A stretch of DNA of 64,000 bases from Azolla caroliniana (taxonomy: Eukaryota > Plantae > Polypodiophyta). The stretch is from NCBI GenBank assembly GCA_043228905.1, contig JBHGNT010000006.1, positions 11,284,001 through 11,348,000 on the forward strand. The letters run 5' to 3'. Below are positions 1 through 11,200 of the stretch, in pieces (position 1 is the stretch's first letter; every line of letters begins with the position of its first letter). Position numbers and translations under genes: made by a program. The notes beneath the pieces are model-generated. The model saw nothing but the letters and a program-made list of their open reading frames with translations. It searched no databases and was not told the origin of the DNA.

Positions 1-2762
1 TATGCAGAGAGTACGCAGGAGAGACAGAGAGAGAAGAACGTAAAAGTTATATTCAAAATAATAGTAAACACTCTGTACATACTTTGTGCTTAGTAGCACT
101 ATTTATACAAGTCCTACGCGGACTGACAAAAGTACTGTGTACTTCAATGCTCACATGAGCATCTGACACTAACTATGAGACTATAACTACCTAGTAATCT
201 AACTTATTAGTAGGCTTTCGGTTACTGCTGGATCTGGCTAACCAGCTCTCTGCTCACCGACTCTGTAGCTTGCCGGCTCGGTTGCTCATCGACATACCGA
301 TCTGTCTCACTTATTGGCTCAGGCTTTTCAGCCGATCCGGCTCCAGTTGAGCTTGCCGCTCAACACTCCCCCGCAACCTCAACTCGAGGTCGGGTTGTAG
401 TGTCATTCTCTATGGCGGCCGGTTCTTTCAACCGACTTCTCCTGGCGTCACTCCGCCTTGCTTGCGCTCCTCGTCCGACCCGGTCCCGTTTGCCGTGACC
501 CCTCTGGTTCTATGCGCCTCGACCTTCAGGGTCGGCATGTCTGCTCATCAGGCCCATCTCAGCTCCTTCGTTGCTATGACTCCGGCGCTTGCCGATCCGT
601 CGGTTCCTCCGCGATGGCATTGACTTCCGCTGCGTCCGTGTCTCCTTGGCCTTTGGTTGATCCGACTGATCTGGATCCAACTCTTGATGCGAATCGGCTG
701 TCTCCGACTCGTTCCAGCGCTTGTCCGAATCGGTATCCTCCGATTCGACTTCCGGCATTAGGCCTTTCACCACATCGTACCACGTCCAGGTCTTGGGCTT
801 CTCCGTGCTTCCCTTCAGCCGGTTCACCGAAATCGAATTCTTCATTCGACTCTGCATCATGGTCATTACCGCCGTGATGACCTCCGCACAACATGCACTT
901 CTCTTCCTAAGTGCACACTTCTTCTTCCTTCTGGTTGGCTCGGTCCTTCTTGACTCTGCCACCATGGCCGCTTGCTCCGACTTGTTCCGATGTGTCAACT
1001 TCCTTCGTCGGCTTGACTTCTTTCTTCTTCTTGTCTCCCCTTCTTCCGGTTCTTCTCTTACCGACGGATTCAACAATTTCTTTGCCTTTGCCCGTTTCGA
1101 TAATGTCTTTGCCCTTGCTTCTCCCCCTCAAGTGCGGCACGTCGAGATGCTGAACACCAAGCATGTCGGTAAAGTGCTGCAACTTGTAAGATCCGAGCGG
1201 CTTGGTGAAGATGTCGGCAACTTGCTGATCCGTGTGAACATACCGAAGTTCAACTTCACCGCTTAGGACCCGCTCACGCACAAAATGATAATGCACTTCT
1301 ATGTGCTTCATGCGAGCATGGAACACAGGGTTCTTGGCGAACTGCATGTTGCTGATGTTATCACAATAAATTGGGATCGGGGTCGGTACCTCGATCCACA
1401 AGCCTCGCAGCAGTCGCCGAAGCCAAATGGCTTCGCAGGTAGCCACGGTTGCGCCCCGGTACTCAGCCTCAGTTCTAGACAGAGCCACTGGTGGCTACTT
1501 TTTGCTACTCCACGCAACAGCCGCGCTCCCAAGAGAAAACATAAATCCGGAAGTCGATCGGCGATTTGACGCATCGCCGGCCCAGTCGGCATCCGTGTAG
1601 CCGACCAACTCTTCAGTTATACCTCGCCGGTATAAAAGTCCCCGGTCCTTCGTGCCGCTTACATATCGCAATATTCGTTGCGCACACTGAAGGTGCTCCA
1701 CAGTCGGCTTCTGCATGAATTCGCTTATCACTCCGAGCGGATAGCTGATGTCGGGTCAGGTGATGGTCAAATATATAAGGCTTCCAATGATTTGTCGAAA
1801 CCGTTTCTCATTGCAGGCCGGTCCGGAGTTGGGACGGAGCTTCTGGTTCCGGTCCAAGGGTGTGGAGACAGGTCGGCATTCTGTCATGCCGAACTTGTAC
1901 AACATATTCAATGCGTAATGCCGTTGTGAGAGCAATATGCCGTCGGGGGTGTGGATCACCTCGATCCTGAGGAAGTAATGAAGGTCCCCCAGGTCCTTCA
2001 TCTCAAATGCGTCTGACAACTGGGACTTGACGCGGTCGATTTCAGAAAGGCCCGGTCCGGTGATGACTAAATCATCAACATACAACAGTATACATACCGG
2101 ACCATCTAAGCCTTTCCGGATGAACAATGAAGAGTCCGACTTGGAGGCCGCGAATCCCATCTTACACAACCGGTGTGTGATTTTCGCATTCCAAGCTCGG
2201 GGGGCTTGCTTGAAGCCGTAAAGTGACTTCTTTAGTAGACATACCGCCGACTTGTTCATCTCTGATTGGAAACTAGGGGGTTGGATCATGTAGACCTGTT
2301 CTTCAAGATCTCGTTGAAGGAAGGCATTCTTCACATCCATTTGGTGAAGATGCCACCCCCTTGCCGCAGCAACCGCTAGCACCACACGAACTGTCGTCAT
2401 CTTCGCGATAGGAGCGAAGGTCTCGTCGTAATCAATTCCGTGAGTCTGCGCGTACCCCTTCGCCACTAACCGGGCCTTGTACTAGTTAACTGAACCATCG
2501 GTGTTGTACTTTACGTTGTACACCCACTTGCATCCGATCGGTTTGCAGTGATGGGGAGGGTCAACCAGGTCCCATGTCTCATTGGCATCAAGTGCCAATT
2601 TGCGTCCTTTGCCGCTTCTGCGTAGCTCTCCGGCTCACACACTTCCGCCACCTTAGTCATGTACGCGTAGTGATGTGCCATGTACTCATTGTACCCATAC
2701 CGCTTGACGGGATCCTTCTGGCGGGTGGACCAGCGTAATTCACCGTTGCCCGTATTGAGGCC

Positions 2763-3057
2763 TGTTGAGAATCAAGCTCAACTTGGTCTAGTGTGTGAAC
2801 TCACCTTGAGAGTGAAGAGACACTCCAATGGTCAAGAGTCACCATTATGTCACCACTTTGTATTCTAGCATTTAGTATCAGTCATAGAATCATATTCTAT
2901 GACATATAACTTATGAGCTTTCATATTCCCTATGCTCCATGAGGCTTGTAGTTAATGAAGAGAGAGGGTGACTACATAAAGCACCCTCCTCCCACCTTGT
3001 ATAATGTTGAGTCTTTCTCCTTTGTCAATATACTTTTACCTTGCGTATTCTTTGTGT

Positions 3058-3105
<48 letters not shown>

Positions 3106-6100
3106 CACACACATAACTCACATCTCTTCCGCTCCACAAGAATCCATCTCTTGATTCTTTACATGGTATCAGAGCGATTTGGTAGCTCGATCTAGCCCAT
3201 TCGCCTCATCGTGATCGTGTGTTGTGCTCCACGCCGACGACCAAGAACCGGCTCATAGCTATCGTAGCTTCGCTACATAGCTCGCATTCGAAGAGAGAAG
3301 AAGAAGAAGAAGAAGAATCGACATAATGAATACTCAAATGGGGAGCGCTCTCCCTACCGAGAAGTTGGATCAAAACAACTTCGCATCTTGGGAGTACAAG
3401 ATGCAACAATACCTTGTCGGACAAGGCTATTGGAGCTACATCAAAGAAGCGCATGAAGACCAACCCGCCAAAGCGGCTCCCGGATACGCGACATGGGAGA
3501 AAGCCGCAAGCCATGTGATGTATTGTTTGGCGACATGTGTTCACGACCACATGCTCGGTTACATTCGAGAAGCCAAGATGCCGAAGGAAGCCTAGGAAAA
3601 TCTATGAAAGATTTTCGCTGCCAACACGACCGCGAGGAAGCTTCAACTCCGCTAAGAGTTGAACAACATTCAACAAAGGGACATGTCCATCACCACATAC
3701 ACCTTAAAGATCAAGGAGCTTTGCGACTCGCTCGGCTCAATGAGCGTAAGTATAGATGATGATGAAATGGTGCAAATATGCCTCGGCGGCCTCGTACCAC
3801 GGTTCGGCGCGATGCGAACCGCCGTTCTAGCACGGGAGAAATCTCCCTCCTTCTTCAAGCTCCAATCAATGCTATTGGTCGAAGAAAACCACGTGCGTAC
3901 AAGGAGCAATGAGTCGGAAGGCCACATGCTCTACACGCACTCTAATGGAGGAAGAGGACGCGGACGAGCGAGAGGCCGATTCGGTCAAGGACAAGGCGGA
4001 CGATGTTCGACCTATGGCAACAACTCCCAATTTCGGCCGCAAAACGGAGGCCAATGAGGAACCTTCGCAAGAAGGAGGAGCTTCCACTCCGGCCCGAGCT
4101 GTCAAAACGCAACCGAATGCGGATATTGCGGAAAGCTCGGCCACCACGAAGAAGAGTGCCGAAAGAAGATGCGTGAATCGGCTTCCACAAGCCAACAACT
4201 CACGAATTACGCGCACAACTCTGACTATGAAGATCGTGTCGGAATGTATGCGCACAACTCTGACCGTGGCAAAATGTTCATGATGAAACATAGAGCAAAG
4301 TCTATGTCGGCCTCTACCTCAACTAGTGTCTCCGGTCCGGAAGTCGTATGGTTCGTCGATTCCGGTGCCTCGAACCATATGACATCGCATCAAGAATGGT
4401 TCCGAGAACTTCGAGAGCCGGACCAACCCGGCTATGTCGAAACCGGAGACGACACTACGCATCCGATTCTGCACATTGGCAATGTTCCGTTTGGAAAAGA
4501 AGGTAAGCAAAATTACATTAAAAATGTCTTGCATCTACCGACCATTACGAAGAATTTGGTCTCCATTGGCCAAATTGTAGAGCAAGGGATGCAAGTTCGA
4601 TTTAATCAAGGTGGTTGCTTCATCGAAAAAGAGGGCTGACTCATCGCACGCGGACGAAGAGAGGGCTGGATGTTCATTCTCGATTCACGCGAGATGAAAT
4701 CTGCCATGTTCGCAAAAAACACGAAAGCCGACTCCGACATAGAGCTATGGCACAAGCGAATCCACCACATCAATCTCAACAAACTCAAAGCAATGAAATC
4801 GAAAAGAGTCGTCATCGGACTCTCGACATTCAAAGAGAAGGAGATTGAAGCTGTATGCGAAGCTTGTCAATTCGGCAAGCAACACCGACACCCATTCCCG
4901 AAAGAGAGGAACGTGATCAAAGGTCTACTCGACGTAGTCCATTCCGACATATGGGGACCGGCACAGACGGCTAGATTCGGCGGATGCCGATATTACGTGC
5001 TCTTCATCGACTACTTCTCTAGGCACACTTGGATCTACCCGATGTGGCAAAAGAGCGAAGTGTTCGGACACTTCCAAAATTTCAAGAATGAAGTCGAGAA
5101 AGCCACGGGCCGACATGTACGATGCCTTCGATCGGGTGGCGGCAAGGAGTACTTCTTGGACGATTTCACGGCGTATCTCCGAAAGGAAGGAATTCGACAA
5201 GAATTCACTTGCCGACACACTCCGCAACAAAATGGAGTAGCCGAGTGCAAAAATCGGTACATCCTCGAAGTAGCGCGGGCCATGATGAACGAGAAGCATA
5301 TGCCCAAGTCATATTGGGCTGAAGCTGCAAATACGGCCGTTTACCTAATGAACCGGTGCACAACATCCGGCGTGCGCGAGGTCACTCCGCACGAAAAATA
5401 CTGCGGAAGAAGCCGGACTTATCGCACATTCGGATATTCGGCGCGATAGCGTACGTGCACATCCCCAATGAGAAGCGTCAAAAGCTTGACCCAAAGTCGG
5501 AGAAATGTGTCCTCGTAGGATACTCATTGGAGCAAAAGGGGTACAAGTGCTACAACCCCTCAACTCGAAAATCTCGAGTAAGTCGAGACGTCGTTTTTGA
5601 CGAGTTTGCATCCTGGTACGCACCAGAGACAACTCCAACTCCGACTCCTCTCGACCCGGAATTCGCCGAACAAGAGATCGAGGATGAAGATCGCCTTATG
5701 CACATATTCGAAGAAAGTCCGATCACGACCCGATTGAGCGGACCACAAGAGCCTTTGAGCGATCAAAGCACATCACAGCCTAGCCCGAAGATGGACAAAG
5801 GCAAGGCGAAAATGTCGGAATACGAAGACGATCGCTTCAACGACGATGAGTCGACTCACTCACTCGACAGTGAGTTCGGCGGTTTCGAGGTACCAATCGG
5901 AGCTAAGAAAGCCCTCATCTCTGCAAATGAAAAGCTCCGCCGATCCACTCGTGAAAAGAGCCCCGTAAGCCGATTCGGCTACAACGATTATATGGCGTAC
6001 CATTACGCCTTTATGATGAAGGTAGCGACAGTACGGGAGCCGGAAACTTTTTCGGAAGCCGCAACGGACCTGCGATGGATCGAAGCAATGAATGAGGAGA

Positions 6101-8218
6101 TGCAGGCACTACGGAAGAACGAGACGTGGGATCTCGTTCCCACCTCACCACACAAAAAGGAGGTCGGATGCAGATGGATCTACAAGGTCAAGTATAACGC
6201 CGATGGCTCCGTAAACCACTACAAAGCTCGACTCATAGCGAAAGGATACGCTCAGACGCATGGCGTCGACTACGAAGAGACCTTTGCCCCGGTGGCAAAG
6301 ATGATGACGGTGCGGACCGTAATTGCGATTGCTGCGGCGAAAGGATGGCACCTCCATCAAATGGACGTTAAGAATGCCTTTCTACAAGGCGAATTAGAAG
6401 AGGAGCTGTACATGATACAACCACCCGGCTTCAACTCGAGCACCCATCCGAAAGTTGTATGCCGACTCAAGAAGCCACTCTACAGCCTCAAGCAAGCACC
6501 GCGTGCTTGGCATTCGAAGATAACGCAATATCTTCATCAAATTGGCTTCCGTATGTCAAAATCGGACAACTCCCTCTACATATGAAGTGATTCCGCAAGT
6601 CCGCTCGTCATCATCTTATATGTGGATGACCTAGTCATTGGAGGTGAGCATCTTGTTGAAATCAATAAGGTCAAATCCCTCCTTTCCGACAAGTTCGAAA
6701 TGACGGACATGAAGGAGCTCCACTACTTCCTCGGCATCGAGGTAATTCAGACTCCGGCTGGAATCATGATCTCTGAACGGCACTACATCCTCAACTTGTT
6801 ATACAAGTTCGGGATGGCTGAGTGCAAATCCATGGCAACCCCACTCGATCGCAATCTCAAACTAGATGCGAACTTCGGCACGAAAGCGTGTGAGCCGACT
6901 CAGTATCGGCAACTCATCGGGAGTCTCATCTACCTCACGATCACACGAACCGATCTCAGTTATCCGGTCGGTCTCCTTAGCCAATTCATGCAAACACAGC
7001 GTGATACTCACTTGGATTGCGCTAAGCGAGTTCTACGATACGTGAGCGGTACAATGGATTGCGGCATCCTCTACAAGACCGCGATGCTAATACGACTCGA
7101 GGGGTACAATGACGCTGATTGGGCCGGCTACAAAGCGTATAGAAGATCAACCTCCGGATTTGTTTTCTCCCTCGGCAGCGGAGCAATATCCTGGAGTAGC
7201 AAGAAGCAGCCTACCGTCGCGCTTTCGAGTACGGAGGCGGAATACAGGGGTGCAGCCGTAGCTGTGTGTGAAGCCGTATGGCTCAAGAGGATTTTGAAGG
7301 ATCTGGGCGTACCCATCAAGGATCCGACTTCCCTTTACTGCAACAACATGAGCAACATCTAGCTGGCTCGGAACCCAGTGTTCCACGCACGGACAAAGCA
7401 CATCGAAGTGCACTATCACATCATTCAAGAGCGCGTCCTGGCTGGCGATGTCGACCTACAACACATTAGCATCAATCTTCAAACGACCGACATCTTCACT
7501 AAAGCCTTAGGAGCCGACAGGTTGTGGCAATTCATGACCGATCTTGGATTGACGATCCCTGACTTGCCAAGCTTGAGGGGGAGTACTGAAGACACTACGC
7601 AATAACGCGTAGATTCCACAACCGCGAACCACGCAACGAAGCAGCGAAGCGCCGATCTACCGCGCAAAGCCGCGAAGAAAGACGCAAGCCGAAGCACAGA
7701 CTTCGTAACTACGCACAACGCAACCTGGAGCACGGATTCCGCAACTCCGCATAAAGCGAGCCGACGCGAACTCCGGAACGCGAGTTGAAGCGGATTTCGG
7801 ATATCGTCTGAAACCGACCCGACTTGAGGTTTCGGGGCGTGTTGAGAATCAAGCTCAACTTGGTCTAGTGTGTGAACTGAGAGTGAAGAGACACTCCAAC
7901 GGTCAAGAGTCACCATTATGTCACCACTTTGTATTCTAGCATTTAGTATCAGTCATAGAATCATATTCTATTACACATAACTTATGAGCTTTCACATTCC
8001 CCATGCACCATGAGGCTTGTAGTTAATGAAGAGAGAGGGTGACTACATAAAGCACCCTCCTCCCACCTTGTATAATGTTGAGTCTTTCTCCTTTGTCAAT
8101 ATACTTTTACCTTGCGTATTCTTTGTGTTTCACTCTCTCTCTCTCTCTCTCTCTCTTACACACACACATAACTCACATCTCTTCCGCTCCACAAGAATCC
8201 ATCTCTTGATTCTTTACA
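2763..8218 (+). mobile_element. Full-length Ty1/copia (Bryco-like) element, family B, copy B1, inserted in A1
   Basis: LTRs 2763-3163 and 7840-8218 (TG...CA). TSD AGGCC at 2758-2762 and 8219-8223. PBS TGGTATCAGAGC at 3164-3175. Confidence 0.96.
3326..7605 (+). pseudogene. gag-pol of B1, broken by stops and frameshifts
   Basis: ORF pieces show gag, zinc knuckle (CGYCGKLGHHEEEC), protease (FVDSGAS), GAG-pre-integrase, rve core, RT (YVDD) and RNase H (DADWAG...HARTKHIEV). Confidence 0.93.
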
Positions 8219-11200
8219 AGGCCCTTCTTGGCCGGTCCAGACTTCTTGCCGAAGATCCGCCTTTCTCCTTGCCGAAGTCGGATGCACACCGATCCAACTC
8301 ATCGTTGCCGGTTTCAAATTCCGGCATCTTCTTTTTCCCTTTCTCTTTGCGCATGAACCGTCTCCTCGGTTCCTTGCGCGGGGAGAGCACGGAAGAGTCT
8401 CTACTATTCGCCGATTCCTCATTGGACTGGTCAGATTGACTCAGTCTCTCGTTCAGTCCACTCAACCGAAACGATTCCAGACTCTGATCTTGAGTCCACG
8501 CTTCATCATCCTCTACCTGGGCCAGTTCTGGCTCACTAGCCTCATACTTCGGCATCGGGACGGGATCGGAAGTCAGAGTCGGTAAGGAATACCATGATGC
8601 CGATTCATCGAACTCGACATCTCGGCTAACTCGGACTTGCTTTGTCCGGGGGTTATAACACTTATAACCCTTTTGCTCTTGAGCATAGCCGACGAGGATG
8701 CATTTTTCCGATTTTGCATCCAGCTTCCTCCGCTTCTCATCCGGCACATGCACATATGCAATGCTACCGAATATCCTAAGGTGTCTTAAGTTCGGCTTGC
8801 GCCCGAAATACAGCTCGTGAGCTAACACCTTGTCACGGATCCGGTTCTGGATGTAGACGACTGTCCGGACTGCCTCCGCCCAGTAGAATTTGGGCATGCT
8901 CTTCTCCTCCAGCATTGCCATTGCCACATTAATAAGCGACCGGTTCTTCCTTTCGGTGACACCGTTCTGTTGCGGTATGTATCTGCAACTGTATTTGTGC
9001 CGAATTCCTTTTTGCTGCAGATAGTTGCTGAATTGGCCGGAAAAATATTCTTTTTCGCCATCCGACCGTAGGCATTTGATCTTCCTCTCTGATTCCCGTT
9101 CCACCATCTTCTGGAGGTTCCGGAAACATTCAAAGACTTCACTCTTCTGCTCAATGAGGTAGATCCATGTGTGCTGGTATAGTCGTCGATGAAGGAGACG
9201 AAATATCGACTCCTGCCAAGACTAACATTTTGTGCTGGTCCCCACACATCCGAATGGATAAGGTTGAGCTTGTTACGGTTCCGGTTTCGTTCGGTGGGGA
9301 ATGGAAGCCAGTGTTGCTTCCCGAGTTCGCAGGCTTCACATACTTGGGCTCTCCGGCCGCTAAACTTCGGCAAACCGAAAACAACTTGTTTCATTTGCAG
9401 GTCTTGAAGCCTCCGATAATTGACGTGGCCTATCCGCTTGTGCCACAGGTCGATGTCCAACTTGACCTTCTGTCCTTTTGCGAATAGAGCGGTGCCGACG
9501 TCATTGGTGTCGAGGATAAACATCCTCCCGTCTCTGCACCCTTGCGCAATAACTTCACCCTCATCCTCAATGAAGCACCCAAGGTGTGTAAACCACACCT
9601 GCATCCCCTGGTCAACGATCTGTCCGACCGACACCAGGTTTTCGTGATTGTCGGAACATGTAACACGTTCATCAGCTTCCCCTTCTGTCCGATGTGGCTC
9701 AAAGGGATTTCTCCGACATGCACGATTGGGTGAGGAGTGTCGTCTCTGGTTTTGAATACTCCTGGTTGATCTGGTTTCTCCAACAAAGAGAACCACTCCT
9801 TGTGGCTCGTCATATGGTTTGACGCACTGGAATAAACGTACCACACTTCCTCCAATTTGACGCGCCGGAACTTGCCATACCTTTGTCCATAATCACTTCA
9901 ATGTCTGTTCTTGCAACCTATTGGGTTTTGCTTCTCAAGGCGAATGTCTATAGCAGAGGTTCTCAACCCTCTGCTCTAATACCATGTAAACGATTGCTTG
10001 CGGAAGCGTTAGAGAAGCAAAAAAAACAGAAAATATGCAGAGAGTACGCAGGAGAGACAGAGAAAGCAGAACGTAGAAGTTATATTCAAAATAATAGTAA
10101 ACACTCTGTACATACTCTGTGCTTAGTAGCACTATTTATACAAGTCCTACACGGACTCACAGAAGTAGTGTGTACTTCAATGCTCACACGAGCATCTAAC
10201 ACTAAGTCTGAGACTATAACTACTTAGTAATCTAACTTATTAGTAGCTTCCGGTTACTGCTGGATCCGGCTAACCGGCTCTCTGCTCACCGACTTTGTAG
10301 CTTGCCGGCTCAATTGCTCACCGGCATACCGATCTGTCTCACTTACCGGCTCAGGCTTTTCAACCGATCCGGCTCCAGTTGAGCTTGCCGCTCAACAACC
10401 TTCAATCTCCTTCTCTTTAAATGTCGAAAGTCCGATGATGACTCCTTTCGATTTCATTTCTTTGAGTTTGTTGAGATTGATGTGGCCGATTCGCTTGCGC
10501 CATAGCTCTATGTCGGAGTCGGCTTTCGTGCTTTTTGCGAACATGGCGGATTTCATCTCGTGTGAATTGAGAATGAAAATCCGGCCATCTCTTCTTACGT
10601 GTGCGATGATTCGGCCCTCTTTTTCGATGAAGCACCCTTCTTGGTCGAATCGTACTTGCATCCCTTGCTCAACCATTTGGCCGACCGAGACCAAATTCTT
10701 CGTGATGGTGGGAACATGCAAGAAATTTTTAATGTATGTTTGCTTACCTCTTTCGCCGAATGGAACATTGCCGATATGCCGAATCGGGTGCATAGTATCA
10801 TCTCCGGTTTCGACATAACTGGGTCGCTCCGGCTCTCGAAGTTCGAGAAACCATTCTTTATGAGATGGCATATGGTTTGAGGTTCCATAGTCAACAAACC
10901 ATACGTCCTCCGGATTGAGGGCACTAGTTGAGGTAGAGGCCGACATAGAGTTTGCTTTATGTTTCGTCATGAACATTCCGCCACGGTCGGAGTTGTGTGC
11001 ATACATTCCGCTATACTCTTCGTAGTCGGAATTGTGCGCGTAATTTGTGAGTTGTCGGCTTGTGGAAGCCAATTCGTGCATCTTCTCTCGGCACTCTTCT
11101 TCGTGGTGGCTAAGCTTTCCGCAATATCCGCATTCGGTTGCGTTTTGACGGCTCGGGCCAGAGTGGAAGCTCCCCCTTCTTGCAAAGGTTCCTCCGTTTT

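Larger units (their letters stand above)
1..10397 (-). mobile_element. Ty1/copia (Bryco-like) LTR retrotransposon, family A, copy A1. Degenerate, gag largely deleted, interrupted by element B1; the 3' LTR runs off the window.
   Basis: 5' LTR 9985-10397 (TGTTGAGCGGCAAGCTCAAC on -). Partial 3' LTR 1-365 preceded by a GGGGGAG PPT. PBS TGGTATTAGAGC at 9973-9984. Domains in copia order: protease, integrase (8214-9855), RT with LYVDD (1756-2466), RNase H (907-1731). Confidence 0.93.

Noticed and set aside
510-1076. env-like gene after pol
   Set aside because: The product is hydrophilic with no transmembrane segment or signal peptide, and is better explained as a pol C-terminal extension.
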